This document shows positions 1-13,200 of a stretch of 64,000 nucleotides of DNA, one piece after another. The stretch lies in contig MCFH01000013.1 of the NCBI GenBank assembly GCA_002104945.1, forward strand, positions 1 through 64,000, read 5' to 3'. This DNA comes from Piromyces finnis finn. Taxonomy: Eukaryota; Fungi; Neocallimastigomycota. Under the pieces are notes generated by a model that had not been told where the DNA came from, searched no databases, and saw only the letters and a program-made list of their open reading frames with translations. Numbering within the stretch: position 1 is the stretch's first letter; every line of letters starts with the position of its first letter. Both the position numbers and the translations under genes were made by a program.

Positions 1-246
1 GCTTCAATGAATACTGCATTCTCAGCTGGTGATTTAGTACTTGTTAGAAATTTTTCAAAGAAAGTTAGATCCATTTTTCATGGGACCTTTCCGTATTATT
101 AAAATGGAATTTAATACTGCTACATTATGTGACCCTATTAGTGGTGCAATAGCTGAAAGAAATGTTCATCAAAAGAATTTAGTTCATTACATACTTGGCA
201 CAATGAGACTTCCAGGGACGAAGTCCAAACTTAAGTGGGGGGATCT
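1..246 (+). pseudogene. pol: Inverted copy of element A integrase C-terminus and PPT
   Basis: ORF 41-265 repeats RKLDPFFMGPFRIIKMEFNTATLCDPISG of ORF 1035-1418. PPT AAGTGGGGGGATCT precedes TGATAC at 247. Confidence 0.85.
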
Positions 247-587
247 TGATACGCTACTCACATAAAAACGTAATAAAAACTAGCCGAATAAACACGACTT
301 AACCCATAGCGACTTATAATAAAAATAAAAGATAATAACCCTTAAAAATGAATAAATAATAATTTTATGGAAATATAACCCTTTCTTTTAAATAAATAAT
401 ATTTCTTTATTAAATAATAAATTATTGAATAAAAACGACTTAATAGAGATAATAATAAAATAAATTATTAAATAAAATAAAACGACTCAATCCAAAAATG
501 TATTAAAATAATAAATAATAATAAGTAAATAAAAAATGAATAAAATAAATAAAAATAAATAAACATAAATAAAATGATATTAATATT

Positions 588-1022
588 AAATTAATCACTT
601 TTAGTAATAATTACTCAGTTATTTATTTTTAATTTATAATAAGTTTGAAAGAATTTCTAAAGAACACTTGGATAAACACTAGAATTAATAATTTAATGTA
701 TATCATTTTATTTTTTTAGTTTATTTATTCATTTTTTATTTACTTATTATTATTTTATTATTTTAATACATTTTTGGATTGAGTCGTTTTATTTTATTTA
801 ATAATTTATTTTATTATTATCTCTATTAAGTCGTTTTTATTCATAATTTATTATTTAATAAAGAGAATATTATTTATTTAAAAGAAAGGGTTATATTTCC
901 ATAAAATTATTATTTATTCATTTTTAAGGGTTATTATCTTTTATTTTTATTATAAGTCGCTATGGGTTAAGTCGTGTTTATTCGGCTAGTTTTTATTACG
1001 TTTTTATGTGAGTAGCGTATCA
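588..1022 (-). repeat. Element A 3' LTR (partial, cut by the fold-back)
   Basis: Near-identical to 9246-9685. In element sense it starts TGATACGC directly after the PPT. Confidence 0.88.
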
Positions 1023-1034
1023 AGATCCCCCCAC

Positions 1035-4000
1035 TTAAGTTTGGACTTCGTCCCTGGAAGTCTCATTGTGCCAAGTATGATAATGAACTAAATTCTTTTG
1101 ATGAACATTTCTTTCAGCTATTGCACCACTAATAGGGTCACATAATGTAGCAGTATTAAATTCCATTTTAATAATACGGAAAGGTCCCATGAAAAATGGA
1201 TCTAACTTTCTTCTTGAAAAATTTCTAACAAGTACTAAATCACCAGCTGAGAATGCAGTATTCATTGAAGCTTTTTGTTTTCTTCTATTTTCCCATAATT
1301 TATTAGCATTCTGAATATTTTTGGTAACTTCAATAATCCATTCCCAATGTGTAGTAAATTTATTTATTAAATATTCTTCTGGAGTTTCGTATTCATTTTT
1401 ATTATTATATTCTATCATAAGTTCAAATGGTTGAAGGTCAGTACGACCATATAATAATTCAAAACTAGAAAATTTTGTTACTTCATTTTTACAAGTACGT
1501 AGAGCCCATAGAGCAGATGGTAGAACTTCGTCCCTTCTTATTTTGAGTTTCCTAGTAGTCGAATATTTTTAACAAATTTCTCTATTACGATTTTCTACTT
1601 GCCCATTTGTTTCTGGATGATAAGTACTAGAATATTGAACATATTACCATATAAATCAAGGAAGCCTTTAGTAGCATCAGAAGTAAATTGTGGACCATTA
1701 TCAGTAATTAATATTTTCCGGAGTACCATGTCTAGAAAATACATTTGTAAGAAATTTATAACATCCGTAGATTCCAATTGACTTTTAGTGGTTCAGCTTC
1801 AACCCATTTGGTAAAATAGTCTACAAGTACTATATATATTTATTATTATTTTTAGTTATTGGTAGTGGTCCAATAATATCTAAACCAACTCTAGTGAATG
1901 GTAGACCTGGTTTTGTAGCAAATGATTCAGTACCACTATTAATAGGTTGAGGTCTCTTTATTGACATCATGGCAAGTTTTTACAAGTAGTTCTACATCTT
2001 TAGACATATTTTTCCAATAATAATTTTTCTTTAATCGTTATAAGTTTTATAAAATCCTTCATGACCTATTGAATGTGCAGCTAATAGTAATTCTATTTTC
2101 TCTTCTTTATCTTCGACAACTTTTCTGATATTGTCACCATCTTTATAGTACTTTATTCCATTTATTAAGATAATTTTCTTTTTAAGAAAGTCTTTAATTT
2201 TATTACTTCCTGGATATTCATTAGAATTATTTTCACTGGTGGTACCAATAGATGTATCAGTTACTTCAGTTACAAGTACAGCTTCTAAGTCAGTATCATT
2301 ATCTAATACTTCTTCTTTTTCATTTTCAAATGAAACGGAGGATATTTTTATTTTATTTTCTATATTAAAATAATTATTTTTATCAATATTAAAAATATTA
2401 GATGGTTCAAATGAATGAATTTTATTAAGATTATTATTATTGTGGATGTTAGAATTATAATAGTTAGTTGTAGTATTTTCATTTAATTTAGGAAAATCAT
2501 TTTTATTTATATCTATTTTATTATTTAAGTAGCAAGTGTTATTTAAGTCATTGATATCACTATTCATTACTTCATTATAAACAATATCATTATATATTCA
2601 GATAATTCATTTATTTCGTTATTTTTAAAATAATTATTATTCTTGCTTTTATCAATATCATTTTTAAAATTTATATTTATATTTTTACTCCCATGTGAAT
2701 TATTATTAGTAGAGATATAATTATTTAAATCAACATTATTAAGTTTAGAATATTTAATTGAATTTACACTTTCATTAACACAAGAATTTTTATTAAAGTC
2801 AATATTTTTATCAATATAAGGATTAATATTGTTATTTTTATTTATTTCATTATCATTAATACATGAATTATTAAAATTACAAGAATAAACTATATTTTCA
2901 TTATTTTTAGAGTAAAAATCTTTATTTGAATTTAAAATATTATTTTTAGTAGTTTCACCATCATTATTATTAAAGGTAGCTAGTGAAATTTTTATATCAT
3001 TTTTATTGTCTGGTATTAGTCTAGATAATGCATCAGCGACTACATTTTCTTTCCTTGTTCATATTTGACTTTTACCTTGAGCATACTAAGTGTAGTAACC
3101 CAGCGTGTTTGACGAGCATTATTTGGTTCTTTATTATTAAATAAGCCAACTAAAGGTTTATGGTCAGTATATAATATCGTTTCTTCTTTATTCCCACTTA
3201 TATAAGATTTAAATTTCTTACAACAATAAAAAGCTGCGGTTCCTTCTAAGTCAGTTATACTATAATTAATTTCACTATCATTTAAAGACCTACTAACATA
3301 ATGAATTGGATGTTCAACATTATTTTCATCTTTTTGAAGTAATACACCACCAATACCATTAAGTGATGCATCAGTTCTTATAATAAAATATTTATCATAG
3401 TCAGGATATTTTAAAATAGGAGACTTAATCAGTCTTTCTTTTAGTATTTGGAAACTTTGTTCAGTTTCAGATGTCCATTCAAATTTCATACCCTTTTTTA
3501 ATAATTTAAATAATGGATGAGCAATTTGGGCAAAATCTTTTATAAACTTCCTGTAATATCCTATAGCTCCTAAAAATGATCTTAGCTGTGTAAGGTTTGT
3601 TGGTGACTTCCAATTTTTAATAGTTTCAATTTTCTTTTCAACTGGTTTGACACCTTCTACTGATAGAATATGACCAAGGACCTCTACTTCTTGTTTTAAG
3701 AAATGACATTTTGAAAGATTTGCTTTTATACCATTTTCTTTTATTATATTAAAAACCTTTTGAAGATCTAATATATGTTGTTCAAGACTTGGAGAAAATA
3801 CTAAAAGGTCATCCATATAAACAAATAAACATTTTCCAATAAGTGGTAGAAATATACGGTTCATTTCTCTTTGAAAGGTTGCTGGAGCATTACATAAACC
3901 AAAAGGCATTACTTTGTAATTATAATTTCCAAATATTGTTGTAAAACATGTTTTATCAATATCTTCTTTCTTCATTGGTATTTGATGAAAACCAGAGAAT

Positions 4001-5740
4001 AAATCAATGTAGATAAATATTTTACATTATTACCAATAGAAAATAATATTTCTTCATGTATGGAAGTGGATATGAATCTTTTATTGTTATAGAATTTAAT
4101 TTTCTATAATCTACACACATCCTCCATTTTCCATTCTTTTTTGGTACTAATAAAACTGGAGAAGACCAAGATGATTGTGATGGTTCTATTAAATCATTCT
4201 TTAAAAGCTTTCCTATTTCTTCTTTTAGAATTTCCATATGTTCTTTATTAGAAATACGATACATTTTCTGTTTAATAGGATCATCTTGATTTAATTTAAT
4301 TTCATGAGCTAATAATTTTGATTTACCCAAATCATCAGTATCATTAGCTAGAACATCTATATTAGTTATTAAAAGATTCTTCAGTTGGTCTTTTGCTTCT
4401 TTTTGTGTTTCATCAACTATTTTATTAATAAGTTGTAATTTAGAATCACTAGTAGTTTTAATTTCTAAATCTTGATATTTATCATTCTGACTAGTTAAGT
4501 AATATATTAATGCATCTTGATTAATTTCTTCATCAAATTCTTCTATTAAGTTAGTTTGATTCATTTCATTAATACTTTCAAAAGATCCAATTTTGTGAAT
4601 ATCATCAGTTTTCTGATATAAAGTATGATCAGAAAAGTCCATAATTAATTTCATATTAGCTAAAGTTTCTACACCAATTAAGACCTGGAATATATCTTCT
4701 TTTTCAATAAGTCTAAATATTTCTTTAGATGTTATATTACCAATAGTAATTTCAATTTCATATAGATGCGACTCAATAGTAGTATTGGAATAAGCTTGAT
4801 ATAAAGTTTCTCTAATTTTTGAAACTGGTTTTAATGGAATATTATTTTCTAATAAGAATTTTCTAGTAATCATATTTATAGATGAACAGGAATCCAAATA
4901 TACAGTAGTTTCTATTCCTTCTATTTTGCATTTTGATTTCACAACTTTATCTTTTCTTATGGTGGAAAGAATTGTAGATTCATCCTCAATAATTTTAGTA
5001 AATTTTAATGCTTTTGAAAGTTCTGTTTTTAATTTAGGACTAATTTCAAGTAGTTGACCTATTGTTATATTTGCAAATTTTTCTCCTATATCTTTAGTTA
5101 TATTATATTTTTCTTGATCTGCTGATATAACTAATCTTTTTGTACCTTTTTCATTTGGTACATCTTTTTCTTTTTGACTTGGAAGTTCAATCTCTTTTGC
5201 TAATTCTATTATTTCCTTTTCTCGTTCTTTTTTATTATTTCGTTTAGCTTTATCTATAGTGGGTTGATTAATGAATGAAGGATCTAATTGTTTTAATGCT
5301 TCTGTTGAATTAGTGTTATTATTAATATTATTATCATTAATGTTATTATCTATTTTATTACTTTCATTATTATTTATATTAGTGTCATTATTCATACTCA
5401 TATTATTATTAATATTATTATTATAATTATTATTAAGATTATTATTATTATTATTATTTTCATTTTCAATTACAGTCTCCATTTCTACTTCATTATTTGG
5501 AACTTCAATTATATCTTCATAAGTATTATTTAATGGTTCTCTAGTCTCATTACTTGGAACTCTAATTGGTTGTGGATTGTCACTTAATTTTTCTTTGGTA
5601 GTTCTTTTATATGGTTTAATATCAGTATTCTTTTTAGCTTTTCTTATTACTGGAATAGTAATTTCTTCATTTACTGGTACTGATATTGTAGCAAAAGTAG
5701 TATTGGTTTGATTTATGGGAGTATTCCTTCTCCCACTCAT
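1035..5740 (-). pseudogene. pol: Element A pol: protease, RT (YMDD), RNase H, integrase; several frameshifts
   Basis: ORFs 4022-5740 ([32 protein letters not shown]), 3040-3975 (MPFGLCNAPATFQ, YMDD, TDAS, YTDH), 2031-2567 (HSIGH), 1595-1777 (ITDNGPQF) and 1035-1418. Confidence 0.92.
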
Positions 5741-5749
5741 AAGTTTAAA
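5715..5749 (-). promoter_or_regulatory. Putative -1 ribosomal frameshift signal (U UUA AAC plus stem-loop) of element A
   Basis: Gag frame reads CAT TTA AAC TTA TGA. The heptamer is at 5743-5749, then a 6-nt spacer and the stem TGGGAG/CTCCCA. pol is in the -1 frame. Confidence 0.75.
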
Positions 5750-6935
5750 TGATTTTGATTAGAGTTTATAAGGCCTTGTTTTTCCATTTCTGCAAGTTCT
5801 TGGAATGTATATTTGCAATCTTGCATTTTGTGGCCTACTTGTTGACATCTAAAACATTTATTTCTTTGAGACTGGTTAAACATATTCACTTGACTTTGAG
5901 ATGTAGTTTGATTAACTTTATTAGTAGTAGTATTCATTTTATTAGCATTATTAGAATAATTAGTGAATTTTGATATGATTTATTTTCTTCCATATTGGAA
6001 TAATTATTGTTATTAAATGTACTAGAATTATAAGGGTATTTACTATAACCATTATTATATGCATTTTGATCACCTTGATAGTTTATTATTATAATTATTA
6101 TTATAGTTATATAATATTATTATAGTATTGAAATTATTTGGGTAATTATTTCTGTAATTATTCTCTTATTAAAACGTTGATTTCTCATATTATAGTTTCC
6201 ATTGAATCGCATATTATAATTATTATAATTATTATTATTATCATAATTATTATTATAGTTATTATTGTATATCCATTATAAGTATATGGACTATCATTAT
6301 TATTAAATAATTATATTAGTTCCACCACTATGTTGAGTAAATAGATTATAATTTTGGTTTTGATATGGATCAAAGTAAGGTTGGTTATCAGTAAACATAT
6401 TTACATTATGATACTGAGGAACTTCAGTTGCTGATTCAGCTAATTCGGCAACCTTAAAAGCGGCTTCTATATCTTTAGGTTGGGCAGTGATTACTTGAGT
6501 TCTGATAAAAGGACGAGAAATAATGGAATTAGTATAATCCTTAACAGTAACGAATAGTTGGGATCCAACATTAAGATTTTTATATAAGTTTCCGTATCTC
6601 CAGTTGAAATCCTTAATACTTTCTCCTCTTCTAATTTTTAGAGACTTAACATTGAAGCATTTTTCTTGAGGCGTGATTTCTAAGTATTCTTCAATAGCCT
6701 CTTTAATATCTTCGATACTAGGATAATTTGTTCCAGTATCACTTTCTGTTTTTAAGTCATCAATGATTCCTTTTAATCTACCTTGGACACATTCCTTTGC
6801 CCAAGCGAATATCTTTTTGGGATCATTGATGTCAGATAGGTCCATAACTCTGCTGAATTCTTCAGCCCAGCTTTCGATATCCCTATCTTGACTACCAATT
6901 CTAGGTAGCATTTTAGTGATTTCACTGATCTTCAT
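5737..6935 (-). pseudogene. gag: Element A gag with C-terminal CCHC knuckle; Asn-rich linker frameshifted
   Basis: ORF 6303-6935 lies upstream of ORF 5737-5937, which contains CFRCQQVGHKMQDC. Confidence 0.85.
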
Positions 6936-7169
6936 TTTTGTATATATAAATTTCTTATAAGGTAAAATAATTAAAATAAAAGAATAATTTAATTTGAAAT
7001 AAATGATAATAAAGAAAATAATTGGAATTTATATATTATATATATATATATGTGTTTTGAACTTTAATAATATAATAATATTAATAATATTTATAAAATT
7101 AAAAATGAAAAGAATTGAATATATAAATAATTGATAAATTGATAAAGTATAAAATAATATAAAATTTAT

Positions 7170-7207
<38 letters not shown>

Positions 7208-7532
7208 AAAAAAAATTAAAGAAAATTATTTAGAAATTGAGAAGTATATTAAAGAAAAATAAAAGAATAAAAAATAAGTAATACAACAGAAATCTATATA
7301 TATATTGTATAAATTATATATATTATATGGATTATATAAATTATAAAAATTATATAAATAATGAAATTTAATATTGAATGAGATCAGATCGGAGAAGTAT
7401 TTTATAGAAAGTATATTATATTATTATTATTAGTCAGGAATAATAGAAGCTTTACGGAATAATATCTAATTATAAATTTAAATGCAATTTATTAACTCTC
7501 AATTTTAAATGATCAAGGAAGAATGAAAGAAT

Positions 7533-7570
<38 letters not shown>

Positions 7571-8438
7571 AATTAGGAATTTATAAGAATATGTATATTT
7601 TTTTTTATTTAATTTAATTATAATAGTTTATATATATTGTTACAATTATTTATTTATTTTTAGGCACCCGAGGCACAGTGACTATAAAGACTTTCGGATC
7701 CCTACTAAACCCCCACCTTTAAATGATAAATTTTCACTTCCAAAGTTCTGCTCCTTACTCAGGATTTTCAGCCGAACTTGCTACTCTCTTACTTGAGAAT
7801 CAAATAAAGGCTGTCTAGTATACCTACTCCCTCTTGCTGAGTGTGTACCCGCCTTACTCTCTAAATAATAATTGCTTTAATTATTGCTATATTTCGAACT
7901 CAGTCTATTATATAACAACAACCAATATATACTTACTATTTTTTTTTTTTGTTATAATTTAAATTAAAAAAATTTTTAGTCAATAATTAAGAATATTGAA
8001 ATAAATTATTCGCTTAATATGTAGGTAGCCTTAAGCTAAGAAGTTTTTCATTCAACAGCCGCCTCTACAAATAAGCACTGGTGAATTAATTTATTCTCTT
8101 AATTAAGAAATAAAAATTGTATATTTAATTCAAATTATGATCTTATTATTAACTGCTGAGAAGGATTAACTTTTTTCCTAGTTTTTACTATCACACTGAT
8201 CCCCTGGATAGATCAGAAATATAACAAACTAACTGAATGGATTAAGTTATCCTTATTAATAATAAGAACGGAAACGATTATAGGAATTATAGAAATTTTC
8301 TTCCTTGTGTAACGTATATGACTAACTATTAATCACTTATCTTTAATTTCTTAAATACCCTTTTTAGAAATATTAAAATTTTTATAATTTTAAAATTATA
8401 TATATTTCCTTTTATATATATAATTAAATTTTTTTTTT

Positions 8439-8470
<32 letters not shown>

Positions 8471-8585
8471 AGAAGAATATATAATAAAATTAAATTAAGT
8501 GTAAACTGTTTTTTTTATAAACGCTTAATATCTTAGAATTTATTAGTATTATTATTAATATTATTCTTTTTCATATCTTTGGTCA

Positions 8586-8603
8586 CGCCCGGATTCTCCA
8601 CCA
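8586..8603 (-). promoter_or_regulatory. Primer binding site complementary to a tRNA-Ala-type 3' end
   Basis: Sense TGGTGGAGAATCCGGGCG. Its complement ...ATTCTCC-A-CCA has U70, C71, C72 and A73, typical of tRNA-Ala. Confidence 0.7.
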
Positions 8604-8611
8604 AAATTTTA

Positions 8612-9685
8612 TGATGCGTTGACCGATATATTTTTGAATAATATAATATTTTTAATAAATAATAAATTCTAATATTTATGATGAAACAATAAATTTAAAA
8701 TAAAATAAAATATGTTTTATAATTAACAAATAAATCACTCAAAAACTCGAAAATAAACTCTTTTTATTATGTTTAAATTATCTCTTTATTATATTTATAA
8801 TTTATTTATTGTCTATTTATTGTCCCCCTTTATAAAGAAGAATTTTATCTTCCTTTTATACATTTTCATTTATTACATGTATTATTATTTTTAACTATTA
8901 AATGTTATTATTACTATTGTTATTATTTATTAAAATTAAAAGAATAAATTAAAATTATGTCTTAGTATTATAAAATATTATAGAATATTACTTATTTGAT
9001 TTTCTTATTACTTCAAAATGTTTAAATTTAGAAAAATTATTATAAATTATCATTGACTATCATTAAATGTATAATACCTTGAATAAAATAATTAAAATTT
9101 AAAATTAAAATAATATTAAAATAAAATTAAAATGAAATTAAAATATTAAAAGTATCAATTATTATAAACACCATTTTATACAGAAACATAAAAGAGTTCT
9201 GTATTTTATCTTTGAAATTGTTATTATTGTTCTATTTCCAGGCTTTAAATTAATCACTTTTAGTAATAATTACTCAGTTATTTATTTGTTAATTTATATA
9301 TATAAGTTTGAAAGAATTTCTAAAGAACACTTGGATAAAACACTAGAATTAATAATTTAATGTATATCATTTTATTTTTTTAGTTTATTTATTCATTTTT
9401 ATTTACTTATTATTATTTTATTATTTTAATACATTTTTGGATTGAGTCGTTTTATTTTATTTAATAATTTATTTTATTATTATCTCTATTAAGTCGTTTT
9501 TATTCATAATTTATTATTTAATAAAGAGAATATTATTTATTTAAAAGAAAGGGTTATATTTCCATAAAATTATTATTTATTCATTTTTAAGGGTTATTAT
9601 CTTTTATTTTTATTATAAGTCGCTATGGGTTAAGTCGTGTTTATTCGGCTAGTTTTTATTACGTTTTTATGTGAGTAGCGTATCA
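8612..9685 (-). repeat. Element A 5' LTR (~1.07 kb)
   Basis: Termini TGATACGC...CGCATCA. 9246-9685 matches the 3' LTR remnant. The inner end is inferred from the terminal inverted repeat next to the PBS. Confidence 0.75.
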
Positions 9686-10209
9686 ACAAACTATGTAAAA
9701 GGTTTCTTATAATATTAGTTAATAGGTTATTAATTAGTTAATTAAGTTAGTTATTACCTCTCTATACGAGTTAATAACTAAATAAAGTTTTATAAAAAAT
9801 AATAAAAGAAAGAAAATAAATATTATAACACTAAAATAAATATAAACACTTATATAAATATTTTATGAAATAATTTTTACTTAAATAATATTATTTTAAT
9901 TATATCTTTTATTTATTAATTATAATTATCTACATTAATTATTATTATAGTTATTAATTTACTTTAATACTAACGCTAAAGTATTTAACGTTAGTTTTGA
10001 CTATACTATTTAACTATATGAGTTTATTTTCTTTACCACTTGATTGGGTAAAGCAAATAAACTTCCTATTTAATTAATAACCATTAATATATGGTTATGT
10101 ATATATTTGGCCAATAAATGGTGACCAGAATATATGGTTTCAATTGAAATATTTGTGGGCAAACTTATGGCCACAAATATTTCTTACAATGCCCCCCTGA
10201 GGAGAAAAC

Positions 10210-13200
10210 CTAGGCAGGGTTTTGGACACTAACCATGAATTCCTGGTAGCATTTATCTTGAAATTCCTTGAGTAGCTTATCATAGTGGGAGTTCTTGTCA
10301 ATGATATCAGCATCAACCCACTCTTGTCTAAAGTCACTAAAGGTAGCTAAGTATTGGTAGTTATCCTTCTTTCTTCTGGCATTCATGATTTTGATAATTT
10401 TCTGGTAGCCCACTGGTGCAGGTGTTAGTTCTTCAGGTTTGTTATGGTAGGGTTCAAGTTCACTGATATGAAACACAGGGTAGACATTGGGGAAAGGTGA
10501 CTTGCTGATATCCAACCGGTAGTTAAGCTTGCTTTCATCAATTCCAATAACCTTGAAGGGACCGTACTTTCTTGCTTGTAGCTTGTAGAAGGGAAGAGGG
10601 TTGTAATTTTCTGGTTTTCTTAACCACACCAAATCCATGAGCCTAATTTTAGGGTAGTTAAGTTCTCTTCTATGGTCCAAGTGGTCTAAGAACCGTGTTC
10701 TTGATATGTCCAGCATGTGCTTTAAGTTACCTAAGTTGTGAGCGAAGCTATCTAATATAGGAGCTTCACCAAGTGAGTGGACAAGTTCTGAGTCTTGAGG
10801 GTTCATATGTACCTGGTAGTTATACAAGGCTAGGAATGGGGACTGCTTAGTAGAACTGTGTACTGCATTATTATAGCAGAACTCAGCTAAGTACAAGTAC
10901 TTCAACCATTCGTCGTCATCAAAGGTCTTCACAAAGCATCTAAGGTACATACTTACGTAGGAGTTATTGCGTTCTACCTGACCAACTGTTTCATGATGGC
11001 CAGTAGTAGCAAGGTTTACTTCTACGCCAAAGAACCCCATAATGTCCTTCCACAACTTACTAGTGAACTGGACACCACGATCCGTAGTAACCGATTTGGG
11101 ACAACCATGTAACTTGAATACATGTTGTAAGTATGCTAAGGCTGTTTCTTTAGCAGTAGGCATACTTCTAAATCCCACTAAGTGTATCATCTTGGTTAAC
11201 TTATCGCTACAAACCATGATACAACCTCTTCTAGTGACTTCTGGGGGTTCTGAGGGACTACTACCTGGTTTTCTACGTTCCTTAATAGGTAGGTCCGTCA
11301 GGAAGTCGATTTCTACTTCTTGCCAAGGTAAGTCTGCAACTTTTACCCTAGCAGCGCTACCGTACGGCTTGTGTCTGTTGTCCTTTTGGGTACAACATAT
11401 GGTACAAGCTTTAATATATCCCGCAATGTCATCCTTCATTTTTGGCCAGTAGTAGTTTCTGGCTATCAGGTCATAAGTTTTATCTTTTCCCAAATGACCT
11501 GCTGTTTCACTATCGTGGTTAAGTTTTATGATTGTTTCCCTTAACACCTTTGGTACATATGTACGTTCTGGTGCATCCTTTCTAACAATCAACCCATTAA
11601 CCATCAACCACTTCTTTTTGATGAGCTTGTGGCCTCTTTTTGCGTCAAGACCATCTCTAATTTCCCTAGCAAGCTCATCCGTGTTGTAGGCTTGTTTCAG
11701 TTCTCCCACAAAGCTTACTTCTAACACCGCATAGCACTCTTCTTCCACGGGTGGAAATTCTTTTACCTGTTCAGGTCGAAGGAGGCTAGCTTTTTCCATC
11801 TCCAGTTGTACCTGTTCTGGAGATACCATTCTTGATAGGATATCGGCTCTACCATTCATTTTTCCTGGCCGATATATTATTTCGAAGTCGTATGCAGCAA
11901 ACAGCTCTTGCCATCTTGCCTGTCTTGCTGTCAACAACTGTGGTTTTGTGGCGAACAGGAGATTCCTATGGTCACTATATACTAGGACCTTATGTTTCGC
12001 ACCCATTAACAGGTGTCGCCACTCGATGAAAGCATTCCTAATAGCCAACAACTCCTTTTCCGTGATGGAGTAGTTGATTTCTGCTTTCGTAAGTTTCTTG
12101 GAATAGTAATACACAGGGTGTAGTTCATTGTCATCGCCTAGTTGTGATAATACACCACCCACTGCGTAGTTACTAGCGTCGCACTCCACTATAAACTGAC
12201 GGTCATGGTCAGGATATGCTAATACTGGTGGAGACAACAGCATTTCTTTTAACTTCTCGAACGCCTGGATGCGTTCTTCATTCCACAGGAATTGTACCTT
12301 TTTGGACGTCATCGCATATAACGGCCTTGCTATCTTAGAGAAGTCCTTTATAAACTTCCTATAATAGTTGCAGAATCCGAGGAATGACTGTAGTTCTTTA
12401 ATGTTGGTTGGTTGTGGCCAACTTGCTACAGCTTTTAACTTTTCTGGGTCGGTTTTAATACCATATTTTCCAACTACATGACCCAGGAATGCAAGTTCTT
12501 CCTTGTGGAACTCACACTTCGCTAACTTAGCTACTAGACGATTATCTATTAGCTTTTGTAGGACTCTTTTTACATGCCCTACATGCTCTTCAAGTGACTT
12601 GGAGTAGATGATGATATCATCCAAGTACACTTGACAGCAGTCGTTGATTTCTTCTGCCAGCACCGTATTAATGAACCCTTGGAACGTGGCAGGAGCATTA
12701 GTCAACCCAAATGGCATCACTAGATATTCATAATGCCCAAACTTGGTTGAGAATGCCGTCTTGTATTCGTCACCTTCACGAATACGCAGAGGTTGTAGGC
12801 AGACTTCAAATCCAACTTGGAGAAGATAGTCGCGCCTTTCATAGCCTCAAACACTTGACTGATGAGTGGTAAGGGAAAGGAGTTACGCACTGTTACCTTA
12901 TTAAGACGCCTATAATCAGTACATAATCGTCTTTCACCACTCTTTTTGGGCACGAATAACACAGGATAACCTGCAGGACTTTCTGACTTCCTGATGAAGC
13001 CTTTTGCCAGGTTTTCCTCTATATATTCCTTCAGTGCTTTTTCCTCTTCTGGATTGAAGGGATATATAGGCCCTTTATGAAGACTAGCATCCGGCTCCAG
13101 GTCGATCTTACAGTCGTAAGGACGGTGTTCTGGTAGCTGGTTAGCTATTTCTTCATTAAATGCTTCTTTGAAATTGTGGTAGTACTTCTCCACGATTTCT

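Larger units (their letters stand above)
1..1271. repeat. Fold-back inverted repeat (arms 1-~580 and ~700-1271) centred in an A-family LTR
   Basis: Base 1 GCTTCAATGAATACTGCATTCTCAGC is the reverse complement of 1246-1271. The match continues inward to ~580/700, leaving a ~120-bp loop. Confidence 0.9.
588..9685 (-). mobile_element. Ty3/Gypsy LTR retrotransposon A (gag, PR-RT-RH-IN, no chromodomain seen)
   Basis: Domain order gag-CCHC-PR-RT-RH-IN on the minus strand, paired LTRs, PPT at 1023-1036 and a tRNA-type PBS at 8586-8603. Confidence 0.92.

Noticed and set aside
6936-8580. Extra gene in A's 1.6-kb leader
   Set aside because: No ORF of 60 aa or more in the track; poly(T) tracts and short GC-richer patches only.
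8581-8603. tRNA gene
   Set aside because: Only ~18 nt of a tRNA 3' end, including CCA, positioned as a PBS. No cloverleaf.
588-9685. Gmr1-like (IN before RT) organisation for A, suggested by the tRNA-Ala PBS and 4-bp-TSD relative
   Set aside because: Domain order is the standard PR-RT-RH-IN.
11042-12029. Antisense or alternate-frame ORFs over pol and gag (also 13205-13614, 33386-33796, 38856-39166, 53015-53296 and similar)
   Set aside because: Shadow ORFs of GC-richer coding strands with no recognisable domains. Recurrence in B and C only reflects their near identity.
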